A DNA stretch of 63,309 bases, filler included, from Licmophora abbreviata (taxonomy: Eukaryota), in the NCBI GenBank assembly GCA_900291995.1. It is 9 parts of 9 records of this genome, joined end to end, with 100 filler letters (N's around TTAATTAATTAA, not from the genome) between each part and the next. Parts side by side here need not be neighbours in the genome. Positions count along the whole stretch, not along the records: positions 1 to 19,551 come from OLMU01000223.1; positions 19,652 to 22,567 come from OLMU01000229.1; positions 22,668 to 36,441 come from OLMU01000232.1; 6 more parts are not named here. The stretch is one strand, 5' to 3'. Under the pieces are notes generated by a model. It did not search any database, had not been told where the DNA came from, and saw only the letters and a list, made by a program, of their open reading frames with translations. This document shows positions 12,740 to 24,900 of this stretch, one piece after another; the stretch's first letter is position 1, and every line of letters begins with the position of its first letter. The translations under genes were made by a program, and so were the position numbers.

Positions 12740-12829
12740 CACGGACACCATCATCACCACCATCATCACGATTCACACGAGAAGCATCATCATCGTCCAC
12801 ATCACGGACATCACCACCACCACCACCAC
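12740..12829 (+). repeat. CAC/CAT-rich low-complexity tract (22 His codons out of 30, in frame with the downstream gene)
   Basis: Direct reading gives HGHHHHHHHHDSHEKHHHRPHHGHHHHHHH immediately upstream of ATG 12836. Confidence 0.8.
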
Positions 12830-12835
12830 GAAAAG

Positions 12836-15395
12836 ATGTTTCAAGCAGTAAGTTCCCTCAGTAGACATGAAAAACATCGTCGCGCCGACTCCTTCAGTAG
12901 TGACGATAGCAATCCCAGCTATCCTGGGGACCTGCCACCTCCGATTCTAGTCTATCATGAGTCGGCACGAAGTATTGTATTTCGAGATCATATTCGACGA
13001 GCAGCCATCAAGGGAGCTGCAAAAGCAGGACAGGACAGTAATTTGGGGCTTGTGAGTCGCGTATCCACCATTTCTGAAGACAGTGTGGAAATTACCAACT
13101 ACAAACCGGTCATTCAGCCGCTGCCCTTGCTGGAGTTGGGACCTCATGACGAATTTGAAGCTCTAAAGGAGAGTACTGTTCTTGGTGATGGCAACGCTAT
13201 TGCGACACACTTGAGCCCCGCAGAACAAGAGGTCGTGACACTGTTGCAAGACCAGCGAGCTGTCGTGAAGACGCTCAAACATTCCGATTGGAAAGACTTT
13301 CTGACCCGCTTCCACAATCCAATCGAGGCGAGACGACGTTATGCTTCGACACACGCAGACGTTGGGAAGCACGACGACTTTCCCTTCAACAGCTTTGTGA
13401 CATCGACTACCTTGCTGTATGTATATTGATGCTGTGCCCAATGTGACTCTGTCTGATGCGCGTTTGGAAAGTCCCACCTTCTAATAACTGTTTGTTGCCT
13501 TCTCTGCGCAGCCCCGAATATGGAAAAAAGATGAGGGCCTACGGGTCGGTAAATGAGTACACGACTGGTGCCGTCTTTGCCTTGCCAAAGTTCTTTGGAG
13601 ATGAAACTGAGAACGACGTAGTCAAACGCACTGAAACGTGGGCGTGGCCGTCTGGGTACTCGGCTAAGACGGAATTCAACATTGACAGTCGTGGGCGGCT
13701 GATCAATGGACGAGAGGAAGCGCTAGTGTCTTTGGAAACGCTGCGTGAGCAGAATATCGACTACGTAAACAAGAAGGACTACTGTATGTACCGGGATAAA
13801 AGTGATTCACAAATGCGATGAGCAACCCGACGCTTGCTCACAATAAACTTGCTGTGATCGCATAGACTTGGCAGGACGGTTCGTTGAAGGTGGACTCACG
13901 CAGGTTCCCTACAACGAAGTATACGTTCGAGTTGGAGGCATCGGTCGTATTGTCAACGGTGTGGAGTGTGCCAGTGGTAAACAGCGCACGGAAGAGGATG
14001 GAACTGGCCGATCGCTAGACAAAGGACTTGGTCTTCCAGTGGCCCTCTTTGTTCGAACGGCATCATACGGACACTTGATATCGATGTTAAGGACCAAGGC
14101 GCGCATGGCGACTGTGATCGGACACAAGCACATCGATGCAATCCCACTCCTCTTTATGACACCCGAGAGCGGAGTCCGCGTGTTGACGGAAGAGCTTCAG
14201 ACGCAGTTACTTCAGATTGTGGCACGAAATTTGAATCCATTTCAGAACCCTTCCTTGGCTTACAAGACGACGATTGACGATACATCAGAAGCAGCGCTGC
14301 ACCAAAAGACGGAAGAGCTGTTGGATTTGAATGAGGAACAGGTCCACGAGAAACTGACTCCTGAGGAGCGGGCTCGTCTTGCTGGTGGGTTTGGTTGCAC
14401 GGACGACAGCGTTGCGGCTCTTTTGATGGCTGCTAAAGACCAGGACAAGCAGTTTAAGAAGGCGCTCGGGACCGACAACCATGATCACCACTTACAAGAT
14501 TTAGTGAACGAGGGACTGGCAGCTGCGGTTCGGTCTGGCGATTATCACACGTCGCGCCAAATGTTGATTTTGTACTCATTAGTGGCGACTGCGGGAAACG
14601 AGTCGGAAGAAGACGAAAAGAATGGACAAGACAAGTCACAGTCCTCGACGACAGACTTCAACTGCGATGAATCGATCGTGAAGCGTGATAAGATCAGTGG
14701 GGAGCTAAGCGAGCACACAATCCCAAGCAAGCCACCACCTCCCCCTCTTGATACAGATCGGCTTCGATCTGCGACAAACTCAGACGGACTTTTGGCCGTG
14801 TTGGGCGCTGCGCAGGTATTGAAGGCCATGAAGGACGGCAGTGCTGCACGGCGCGCTCAGGAGTCAGTCGATTCAATTGAAGAGTAAGCCACAGTGAAAG
14901 ATTTACATTGTGAGCTTTGTATTTGGGACTAATTGTCGATATGCTGTCGTCTCTGCTTGTAGGTGGGTTGAACACGGTGAACAGTCGATGGCGTTCCGCC
15001 TTGCGTCATGGAGGGATCAGCGCGCAGCGCAGGGAGACCTGAAGATTGCTACAAACACCGACTCCAACTTTATGGCCTTCGTCTCAAACAAGGCCATTTC
15101 TAATCGAAAGTCCTTTGCAACACAGCTTCGGCAGGCGATATCGAGGACGGACTTTGAGAGCGTATACTTTCTGGAAGTGATCCACGAGCTAGTTTCTCGT
15201 ATGCATAGTCCTTGTCTTCGGTTGGAGCTACTACAGTACGTCCTGGGACTGGATAATCGCTATTCAGTTGCTCACGTGGCGCGTAGTGTTGAGTTGGCGG
15301 CTACTTGCATGAGCATGTCAGTGACAGAAGTGTCACCAAGCGGCGAACAAACACCGCCAGTCCCCGGTTCTCCGAACGAAAATGCACCATCTTAA
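12836..15395 (+). CDS. Hypothetical protein; exons 12836-13416, 13512-13783, 13866-14883, 14963-15395 (start uncertain)
   Basis: Four ORF segments are joined in frame by canonical GTATGT/GTAAGC...AG introns and give protein-like sequence. I do not recognise the family. Confidence 0.75.
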
Positions 15396-15451
15396 AGAGT
15401 CAGACACTGTAGCAAGTTGTATTTGTCAAACGATAACAGAGCCTGACGGAT

Positions 15452-18310
15452 TTAGATTAAGTCTTCCTCCCAGAGAGATGCCATCGATCCAAGCACCCGT
15501 GCGTTCAAATCGGAAGGTGCTTCTTCACGTAGAGTCGCGTCGTTGTTGAATCTCGACATTTGTCGATTTGTGAAACTCTCGTGAAATTCAGTCAATGTCT
15601 TCGTAACGGCCTCAGTGTGTTCCTCTCGCAGGTCGTTCTCCACTGCAGACAGATCTCTTCTATCATTCTGGTGTGGCTTCTTGTCCTCTCTCTGGGGCGG
15701 GGCTTTGGTCAAACGGTCGAGGTCTACAGATTCAAAGGGCCGACAACCTGCCCTTGATCTGATAAAAGCGTTGCTAATGCTTTCACTTGCAAGCGGGTAC
15801 TGATCGCTCACTGCAATGGGTAGATTCCAGCCACCGTCAAGTTTCCGCATGCTACTAAAACGAAAAGGATCATCTTCCAGGCTTTTAGGAGGATCCTGTC
15901 TCGTTGGGGGAATCGCCGTGGCTCCCGCGGGTAGCCCAGGGTACATTTCTGACTTTGTCGTGGCTCCACCTGATCTGCCAATTGAAAGCACATGTGTGTA
16001 GAGGTCTCCCTTATTCGTCATTGTTACAACACCAAGACACTTATCCACAGGCCCTTTGGCCTCCGAACTGTTGCCACAGCGAAGGATATGAGAGAGCGGT
16101 GCATGAAATGCTGCGATTCCGCAAGTGAATACTCTTGGGGACACATCCGGAAGAGCAAACACAGAGCTACTAATGATACTTGCTCTCCGTCGACCGACTT
16201 CGTTCCAAGCACCACTCACGCACTCAAGGCTGTTCGTTTGAAATCTTGGTCGATTTGCTGGGCGTTGATATAAGTGAAGCCCAAAGGATCCAGGTGTTCT
16301 GTCAACTGATAGTATCGGGCGCCAGTCGGAAGTCGTCACTTCAATATCGTCGACCAAAGGATCGACGAGAAGAGAACCGGCTCCATGAAGACCCATGGCG
16401 GGAAGAAGAGCATCACTGTCGTCGCATATCAAAGGCAGTGACCATGAATTCACAGCTCGCCCCACCATTCTTCCATCAATTTCCCACGTCTTTCCAGCCG
16501 AGGAGGAAGTGAGCCACACGGTATGATCCTTCCTCCAGTCCGTCATGATCGAGTTGATGGAATGTGTACCTTCTACAACGAACTCTTCGGCACTTGGACT
16601 CCATTGGAAGATAGCGTCATTCGAACGAAGGTCGACTGTATACAGCGAAGTACCATGATTGAGGGCTGGTCTCTTGGAATAGATATCCGAAACAAACGCC
16701 GGTCGAACGTGGGAAGTTGCGGCCGCCCAAAGAGTCATTGGGTTGGTACTGGTGAACGAAAGCGTTGCCACATTTTGCAGGCAAGAGATCGTGTGCCGCT
16801 GGACAATAGGCTCCCGGCCCAAGAACACATGGTGAATGGTGTTGGCTGGGGCTTCATCACGGTGACTAAGAATCGCGAGTTTACCATTGCTTTGTGAATT
16901 GTCATATTTTGGATGCGTAGCGATATCCCGAGGTCGATACGAAGGGACTGCAAGATTGAATGAGCGGAGATCGACTCGCGCAAGCTGCTCAATATGATAC
17001 GTCCCTAAGCACTGCTCGTCAACAGCCTTCCCGTGCTTCGCGGACATGCCTCTGTAAATTTGGCGGAAACGAGACTCGATACGAAGTACCGTGCAGTAGC
17101 AAGAGGAGCGAACAATAAATATTCCAAGAGATTGATCTCTGTGTGACTCCTTCGTACATTGTTCAATCTGTAGGATACGGTCTCCAACATCAAACTCGTG
17201 TCGATCCTGGTGAATCTCCATCGTCGGGTGTCCCCTCTGAGTAGCAGCGCCATTTTGCGGACCGTATGGAAGAACAAGGTTTGAGATGCAGGCACAAGAT
17301 AACATGTCGCCACCAGGATGGATGAGCACCCAAGAGCTCCCTTCGCTGCATTGTCGACAAAAGCTACACGGACATGGCAGACAGAGAAGACAATTACCGA
17401 AACGCGTAGGGGAATGGATTCCGTCCGCTTGAATAGGGAAAGAGGCTTGCCGCTGCTTGCCAATGGCGAGCTTCTGTTCCTGCCAGGATCTATGAACCAC
17501 TTTCTCTCGGACGGCGTTGTTGAGCGAAGCGAAACCAAAAGGCGCCAAATATGCGACATCCGCATTCCGGCGTTGTGCACTTAGATCAAAGCTGTTCTTC
17601 CATCTATGCTGATACAGCGTCGGGTGAAAGTCCGTGTGGTCTCTCTCGACACGCCGATATGCTCCTGAAACATAAGCATGATCAAACTGCTGGTATGACT
17701 GTCGTATGATGGCAGGTTGGGGGTGCTTTTTTAACCCTCTCCGAGTTGCTTCGTCCATGCGCTCCGACATTCGCTGTCGGAGAAAGTCTGCGTCCAGCAA
17801 CGGGTCGCTCCGCTCCAGAATACTTGAAACGACCAAAGTGCCTGTCCGCTTTGAATGACTCTGCGGCTCATCTTCACTGCTGTCACCGGAGAGTGACTCT
17901 GCCATATCGTCGATCTCAGACGCATTGACCCCATCCGTGTCTTCTCTCCGCTTCTTCTTCTTCTTCTTCAAGAGCTGCAGTTTCTTCTTCTTCTGCTCTT
18001 TCCTTCTCTTCTTTCGCTTCTTGCGCGAGTCTCGTGTTTCTTCCTCCACCGGCAGGTACTGGTGATCAACAGGATAGAACCATCTGGATCGAACGCGACT
18101 CTGAGAGCGCCATGCCGTCTGAATATAGCGTGCTTCTCGGTTTTTGTGCCAGTCGACCCGCCATGGTTCCGGTGGTGTAGTATCCCAGCCAGTGTACGAC
18201 GCCGCGTGGCGATAAATCAGACAAGGAGCTCCCAGCTGCTCATATACATGTTTAAAAGTACCTCCCTTTGAAGAAGGAACCTTCTGTATTGGACTATGAC
18301 ACCCCTCCAT
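15452..18310 (-). CDS. Hypothetical 952-aa protein, probably nuclear, with a possible beta-propeller
   Basis: Long uninterrupted ORF with a poly-K/R NLS-like tract and beta-rich segments (LYTVDLRS, TWEIDGR). Similarity to TAF1C/RRN6 is only a guess. Confidence 0.75.
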   Translation of the reverse strand: MEGCHSPIQKVPSSKGGTFKHVYEQLGAPCLIYRHAASYTGWDTTPPEPWRVDWHKNREARYIQTAWRSQSRVRSRWFYPVDHQYLPVEEETRDSRKKRKKRRKEQKKKKLQLLKKKKKKRREDTDGVNASEIDDMAESLSGDSSEDEPQSHSKRTGTLVVSSILERSDPLLDADFLRQRMSERMDEATRRGLKKHPQPAIIRQSYQQFDHAYVSGAYRRVERDHTDFHPTLYQHRWKNSFDLSAQRRNADVAYLAPFGFASLNNAVREKVVHRSWQEQKLAIGKQRQASFPIQADGIHSPTRFGNCLLCLPCPCSFCRQCSEGSSWVLIHPGGDMLSCACISNLVLPYGPQNGAATQRGHPTMEIHQDRHEFDVGDRILQIEQCTKESHRDQSLGIFIVRSSCYCTVLRIESRFRQIYRGMSAKHGKAVDEQCLGTYHIEQLARVDLRSFNLAVPSYRPRDIATHPKYDNSQSNGKLAILSHRDEAPANTIHHVFLGREPIVQRHTISCLQNVATLSFTSTNPMTLWAAATSHVRPAFVSDIYSKRPALNHGTSLYTVDLRSNDAIFQWSPSAEEFVVEGTHSINSIMTDWRKDHTVWLTSSSAGKTWEIDGRMVGRAVNSWSLPLICDDSDALLPAMGLHGAGSLLVDPLVDDIEVTTSDWRPILSVDRTPGSFGLHLYQRPANRPRFQTNSLECVSGAWNEVGRRRASIISSSVFALPDVSPRVFTCGIAAFHAPLSHILRCGNSSEAKGPVDKCLGVVTMTNKGDLYTHVLSIGRSGGATTKSEMYPGLPAGATAIPPTRQDPPKSLEDDPFRFSSMRKLDGGWNLPIAVSDQYPLASESISNAFIRSRAGCRPFESVDLDRLTKAPPQREDKKPHQNDRRDLSAVENDLREEHTEAVTKTLTEFHESFTNRQMSRFNNDATLREEAPSDLNARVLGSMASLWEEDLI

Positions 18311-19551
18311 TCAAGTGTTGCTTAGACTTCGTCTCTCGCTTTGTTTGCTCGTTTCCATCGTCGAAAGTTGATGTGGGGGTGATTTTGGTTTTGCGTTTTG
18401 TGTGTTGCATTTCCTTTTTTGTCTCCCTGATTTTTTGCGCGCCGCAAACACAGAAGTCAGTGCGTCCGTCCGACACCATGTGTTTGGAGTGGAATGAATC
18501 CCGGAGTTGCTGCGGTCCAAGCGAGCCGGAACAGGAAGAAGCGGGATGAGTGATGTGCCGTTCCGTATTAGCTCATATTGAACAAAGTCGCTATCCAGGC
18601 CGGACCGTACCGGTACCAGAAACAAGTATCGAAACGCATGTCGAACGCGTGAAAACTGCTTTAGATGGGGCTACTCCAAGGACGCAAACATTCCCCGCCC
18701 GCCACGATTGATCGATTGCTGGATAGTAATTGCAACCTCATAGCTTGTAGCTCTTAGTTTTTCCTTTGTCATTCTATCTTATACGGTGTATCGATGTCAT
18801 ACGAACTGTACACTCTGCGAGTTCGAGCCATGTAGCATCACCCAATCATCCTTTTTCAAGTCGAGTACCTCTCTGTCGACTTTTCAGTTCAAGATATGGC
18901 CTCCTTGTTCCTTTCCTCCGTGTCTCCAAATAAACAATTGTAGAAACCCATGCCAAACCCGTGACGACTGCATCAGACTGGGCTGAGTATCATAACTGTA
19001 ATAACATAAACCCTTGGCGAGAATGCATCCACACAAAAGGCGCGCCGTTGCGAGATAGCAAATCTGATTGTTGATTGGTTCCGTCAAAAGCCGGGTCAAG
19101 TCGGCTAGTAGTGTAATGTCGTGAGGTTACGACTGTCTTTTCGAGCTAGGTCGCGTCGACTTGGCACCTAGTATAGGGGGCACATGTGAGAAGACCGATG
19201 CTGCATCAATGATAGCAACTTCTCCAGCAATGCCAATCTCTCACACCAGGAAGCGCCGCCGCTTCAGAGAGCCATCCGAATTTTTGGGAGACTTGCATAG
19301 GAACAAGAAGGGCACTGCGTGGGCGACAGTAGTTACTGTTACGAGACACTGATGCATTCACTCGCACTGATGCTGTCATTCGCAGTTTTCCAGCATTTCG
19401 TGAATAACTCCTTCCTCTGTCGTATTCCTTGACATCGACATGGTGCTGCCTGAAACTTAATGGGGGCGACACATCATAGATACAATATGGTGTGGGAATG
19501 CATCGCGATCTTCACTCAATTCGGGCGTTGGAAGAACGTACGGCGTTGCGT

Positions 19552-19651
19552 NNNNNNNNNNNNNNNNNNNNNNNNNNNNNNNNNNNNNNNNNNNNTTAAT
19601 TAATTAANNNNNNNNNNNNNNNNNNNNNNNNNNNNNNNNNNNNNNNNNNNN
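19552..19651. other. Artificial assembly spacer 44N-TTAATTAATTAA-44N
   Basis: Six-frame stop linker between contigs; eight identical copies in the window. Confidence 0.99.
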
Positions 19652-19652
19652 T

Positions 19653-19934
19653 GCCTGTGGAGGCGAACTCTATTTCGCAGCTTTCTTTGGAATCGCTCTC
19701 TCGCTTGCCATGTTGCGTTTCGGGCCACGAGCCGAGAGCTCCGACTTGTCTGAACTCTTTTCATCCTTCGGGGATGTGGAAGTCGGCTATGCCAGTACCC
19801 GGGATACGGGGTCGATCTCAAGGGAGTCGATGGACGACGAAGACATTGAGGAGCGCCGTGCTCTCATCAAGAATATCCTGACGGAAAGACGCATGACGGT
19901 CCGCAACAGAGCTCATTTGGGCGGAAGCATGTAG
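19653..19934 (+). CDS. C-terminal fragment of an MgtC/SapB-family membrane protein (5' part lost in the gap)
   Basis: The frame from the gap reads ACGGELYFAAFFGIALSLAMLRFGP, matching the last MgtC TM motif (G..CG.G.Y..A). Confidence 0.6.
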   Translation, partial: ACGGELYFAAFFGIALSLAMLRFGPRAESSDLSELFSSFGDVEVGYASTRDTGSISRESMDDEDIEERRALIKNILTERRMTVRNRAHLGGSM

Positions 19935-20651
19935 TCCCAACTAGACCATCGTCAGCATACGACTACAAGAATAGCAGTATAGTATTAATACTTCAAACAC
20001 GTACTTCTGTTGTAGCAACCCCACGTGCTTCCAGGACGCACGCCTTTCTCAGGTCTCAGTTCTGCTTGCTTTATGCCATTTTCATGAGAGGGGATATGAC
20101 ACGATCGGTAAAATCGTCCCTTGTTGCGGTGTCCCCTATCGATACAATCGCCACATCAATTCCTCACCCTCGAGCCGATTCGACACATAATATTATGATT
20201 CGACCTTCGTATTGATCGCGTCCGGAAAGCTGGGCTCGATCCTCTTGACTTTGGGTCCGGGCGAGCTTTTTTCCTCGAGCTCGATCGGCTAATATTCAAA
20301 GATAGACAGAACTGCAGAAAGCAAAGCGTCGAATGGCTCGACGAAGCAGACAAACGAATCGAACAAGACTTGATCGCCAATCAATGATGATCGACTACCT
20401 GGTACCATGAGACCATGAGTTCTCAGACGCCTCGGTTGGAACCGTGAGTCGGAGGCAGTCATGGATAAAGCAAGACTAAATCCTTTTAAGGTTTGCGCAC
20501 GAATAATGACGTACCACTCGTGACTGAAGGAATACTGCACAGAGAAGCGACGGTTGAGTCCAACTTCGTCCGATCGTGTTTGACACGGCGAGGACCCGAC
20601 TGACTTTCGCGCCAAAAACTAAGCTGCAAAACCGTCTCACAATTTGACACT

Positions 20652-21586
20652 ATGCACATATTCGACAGCCCCATGATCCTGCAAACACTTGCTCAAGACG
20701 AGCTTTCATTATTGAAACAAATTAACCCGATGATCGATTGCAGCAACAACCACCACTATCTGATGGACGGTACAGATCAGTCTTCCGGCAGGAAGCTTCC
20801 ACCAAACTTTATTCCAGGTCACTACGACGTTATATGCGGCAGGGTATGTACAGACAAATGCGGAGTTGTTGTAGCGACTTTAGAAGCATGAGCTTACACT
20901 CGTTGTGTGCATGTGTTTGTTTGTCCCCTTCCATTTCAGGGAGCTACCGCATACAATCACATTGGCAATCGTCGGTTTAGAGTCACCGTGTCCATGTACA
21001 TGAAAGACTATTCCCAAGCCGATAGCAAACTAGACAAGTCATTGATTGTGTCAAGCGTCGTCAATGGCGTCCGTGAGCGAAGCCCGCACGGAGGCTTTGT
21101 CAAGAAAGACGTCAACACTGGAGGCTGGTTCGAAGTGGGAGATCACCTTGCGCGAGAGAAGGTCGGTCAGGCCTTTCGCGATGCGCTTCACACACGGTAT
21201 CGCTCGAGTACAAAGTCCAAGAGCAAGCGCAAGCGTGCGGAGAAGAGAGAATCGACACGCAGCAGTTTGACCAAGTCCGGTCTCGACAAGTCGACTCGTG
21301 CAAGCCTTGACAACATGCTGGAAGATATGATGAGCGACGACAATGGACCCGATGCAGGTGAGTAAACTAGGTCCAGCGATCGAGCATTTTTGGCCTTCAC
21401 GAACAAAACGGATTTGACTCACTTATCTCAAGATCCGATTGTATACTGGCTCTTGTCGTAGAAACTCAGAGACCTACGGAGGAGGGATATCGTGACAACA
21501 CTGGGAGCCTGTCTCCTCTACCGTTCCGCGAGCCAGCCATGTATGACGCCGCCAATCGTGAAGGGCAGCCTTACCACCAAGTGTAA
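20652..21586 (+). CDS. DUF6824-domain protein; exons 20652-20843, 20940-21357, 21462-21586
   Basis: Spliced sequence DVICGRG...NHIGNRRFR...DKSLIV...GGFVKKD...W.EVGD..AREKVGQAFRD. Two GT-AG introns. Confidence 0.88.
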
Positions 21587-21595
21587 AAAACGTGG

Positions 21596-22326
21596 CTACC
21601 GAAAGGACATTACGGATCGAACGTCGCACCCGGCAGCCGAGTTGAGTTCGACGTAAGCAATGACCGCACAACGATGGTTGTGATACGCTTCTTGCATGAC
21701 TTCGACGGGATCCCAGGGACACTGCTGACTCTCCCTCAACCACTTTAAAGCTTCCAAGTGTCCAGCTGCCCCCGCCACTGTACAATAGTCTACATCGTCT
21801 GGTTGGCACCAGCCCTGATCGAACAAGAACTTCATCCCATGGATATCGCCGCGCGCTGCCGCTGCAGCCACAGTGCGCTGATAGTAACTTGGCAGATTCC
21901 AGCCGCAAGAGACATAGTACTGCAATAAGTTAGTTCGCAACTTTGAAGGTTTGTTCCAGTGTGTCTGAAAGAGATTTCCGACTTGCAATGGATTCGTCTC
22001 GCCATAAGGCGTCTCGACCTGATGACGTTCTTGCTCTTCGATGATGGCAGCATGGCCGCGACGGATTCTCGAGGTGGTTCGCTTCGTGACCATGGCTTGG
22101 GCACGCCAGGCGTAAAGAAATCTGTTGGAAACATGCGCCACAGGCAAGAATGCTTTCGAGGGAAGATAGGCAAAGATCTCAATCAAGAGAGCATCCGGGA
22201 GGTCGTCCTGTGTCGGAACGAAGCGCGAGTGTCGCTGAGAGGGCGGCCATCACGCGGAGCACTACACGCAAAGCACTTGCGTTCTCGGATCGAGGTTTTT
22301 TCGAACTGCTCATTCGCACTCACCAT
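21596..22326 (-). CDS. F-box-like + degenerate ankyrin-repeat protein; ATG-only first coding exon 22324-22326, intron 22208-22323
   Basis: Splicing ATG|GTGAGT...CAG|GAC gives MDDLPDALLIEIFAYLP (F-box). Ankyrin-like repeats AAARGDIHGMKFL and AGAAGHLEALKWLRE..CPWD. Confidence 0.8.
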
Positions 22327-22533
22327 TGAACTGGTCACTACTGGCTGCTGTAAGGTGTGTAAGGTGTGGATGGAATGGACGGGAGGACTACTTTGAACTT
22401 CTCATGGTCGCTGTTGCTGTGTGTGTATGGGTGGGTGGCTTCTTCAATGTTCTCTTCCACATCAGAGGTCGCCAGGCGCGCCGGCAATCGAAAACGTCAT
22501 AGCTTCGTCAACATGACGTCGAAAAAGCGCGCA

Positions 22534-22548
22534 TGAGTCGAGTGAGTC
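22534..22548. promoter_or_regulatory. Candidate cis-element TGAGTCGAGTGAGTC, copy 2
   Basis: Exact reverse complement of 6429-6443, about 210 bp upstream of the F-box ATG. Confidence 0.5.
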
Positions 22549-22567
22549 TACTCGTCGTCGTCGTGAC

Positions 22568-22667
22568 NNNNNNNNNNNNNNNNNNNNNNNNNNNNNNNNN
22601 NNNNNNNNNNNTTAATTAATTAANNNNNNNNNNNNNNNNNNNNNNNNNNNNNNNNNNNNNNNNNNNN
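22568..22667. other. Artificial assembly spacer
   Basis: 44N-TTAATTAATTAA-44N. Confidence 0.99.
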
Positions 22668-24629
22668 GGATGGACTGGAACAGGTTGTGCGAGCGGGAGA
22701 AGCATGGTCTTGGGTGCTATTACCGATAAAAGCGAGCCGACCAGGAAGCTTGACTTCAGTACCGCGGCAGGCATCACGGGGAAATGTGCAATTGCACCAG
22801 AAGAGGCGTACAGCGTTGCAAATACGCCTCCAACGAGCAACGCGATTGAAGTCACCATTCCTGCAACAGGGCCACTGAGAGCGAAGTCCAGAAGCGCCGC
22901 TCTAGTTGAAGGAAATGAGCGGAGAGGAGTAATGCTGCAAAAGTTACCAATCTGAGACGATGGCAGCGGTACAGGGAGACCAATGCTGATCCCACGACGT
23001 TTCGCCACGAAGCGATGCGCCATTTCGTGCACGGTCTGTATGAAAAAGACACCGACAAACAATGGAAGACAAGTGGTTAGAACGCTGAGGTCCCTCTGGT
23101 TGATGACTGACTGAAAGAAGCCTGGGTTTAAGGCATAGCATGAGATGGCGTAGGCAAATGTTCCGACGAATGTCAAAAGCACGGAAGTGCCCTGTATGTG
23201 TTGGAAGGCAATAATGGCGACAACGTGAGTGACTCGGCAGTATCCCGTCGAACCTCAACCGAAAACAATCCTCCTTTTAACGTACCGCCAAAAGCTTCGC
23301 TGGCAGCGCCCTCTCTACTGCCTGTTCAGGTACAACCGTCTTGGGCAATGCGAGAAGCACGGGGGGTGGGCTCTTTTCGCGTTCGGCGCTGGACGGTCGC
23401 CATTCAGGATCGTTCCATAAAAAGAGTTGGATTCTCTCGGCCATTCCAGTCTTTTCCAGCTTTTGCTGAATCATTTCAAAAATTACGGCGGAATGATTGC
23501 GCTCCATGGTAGTGTTCACTAGGCCCACGGGAGTGCGCAAATTGCCACGAAAGATTGCCGCAGCGGGTATTGAGTCTGAGGACGTGCAGTAGAACTGAGT
23601 CCCCGCTAGCACTTCCTCTTTTATCCGCTTGACATCACCCGTCTCCAAGTGCACTCGAGAGACCAGTAGGAAAGGAAGGATCGACGATGGCACCCACATC
23701 GGTACCAAGGCGACTTGCTCCATGACCCGCGAAATGTTGAAAGAGCTGGATGACTGTCCTTCCGCCGAAAGCCCAAGACTCGTGCTCATGTACCCCTGCA
23801 ACGCCTCACTCAAGTTACCACTAGTCGAGGAGTTGACTGCCACGGCCAGCCTCCGCTTGAAATTCTCGTCTTCTGTGCGCTGGAGCTCTTTCAGTCGCGA
23901 CGATAGAGAGATTGAGACTCTGCCGGTCCACCGACGATTCTGAATAGTTCCATTGGAATGCTTCTCATCAAGCGTCCCCGCGGCCTCAAGTAACATTCGT
24001 AGTAGCAAGTCTAGACGTCCCCACTCTATCTCGTCTTTTGCAGCCGAATTGCGAGTGTCTGCCAGCTGAAAGCCTTCAGTAGCACTAATCGAGAGAGACC
24101 CCTGCCCGAGAGCGAACAGCTGGCGCTCGTGTAACCTGTCAACGATTGTCGAGAGCTGGTCAGGGGACCACCTTTCCCTATCCAAGCGACTGGCTAGCTG
24201 AATGGCCGTGATATTTCCAGAAAACAGACGGTCGATCATAGCATCGCTTTCCTCGTTCTTGGCGCTCTCCCCGAACGACCGAGATTGTTTCATGGAGGAC
24301 TCCAGAGCGGAGGCTTCTGCCTTGAGTTCTCGGGCTCTTTGACGTAACTCCTCCGCTTCCTTCACGAGACTTTCACGTCCGAGATTATCCACCTCTGTCT
24401 CCACTCCGTTGCCAACTGACTTCATTACTTCGACGTTCTGGCTAGCATTCCACGAGTGCAGCTCTGGAACTGGGATGGGTCGTCCTGCTATCGGTTTACC
24501 CAAGGTTCGGCGGCTCGCGAACCGGCGGCAAGATTTTGACGGAGCAAATGCGGCGTTCGCATTATCAAGGAGAATCAGAGACCAACTGACGAGCAGAGAG
24601 GCCTGAAGACGCAGCAGCAGGGACCGCAT
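22668..24629 (-). CDS. Plastid-targeted EGY-like M50 (site-2) zinc metalloprotease; intron 23192-23285; 3' end lost in the gap
   Basis: HEMAH zinc motif in a TM helix, plus LDFALSGPVAG. Signal peptide followed by ANA-AFAP, the diatom bipartite plastid signal. Confidence 0.88.
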
Positions 24630-24900
24630 GATCACCATGGAGACAGACATTGAACAGGTAATGCGGCGCTGTGATGAACTTTGTCCGCGCATCGACGGAC
24701 GCACGGGAACGTGGTGTTCTCAATGACAAAGCACACACGAACATAGACACGAACACAGACACGACTTTGAACCGTGTTTCGCGGGCTATCAGTCATCGAC
24801 CTCCAGATATCATGTCCATACCAGTAGTATCGAGCGCATGCAATCCAAGATCATACTTTATAAGTCTTTACTCTCGTCGCACTTACTCAGCCGTTCCAAG

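Noticed and set aside
18311..19551. Short ORFs or a possible ncRNA in the long intergenic stretch
   Set aside because: There are no recognisable motifs, consistent splice model or tRNA/rRNA features.
6739..19934. MgtE plus MgtC as a magnesium locus
   Set aside because: They are about 10 kb apart with unrelated genes and an assembly gap between them, and the MgtC call rests on one fragment.
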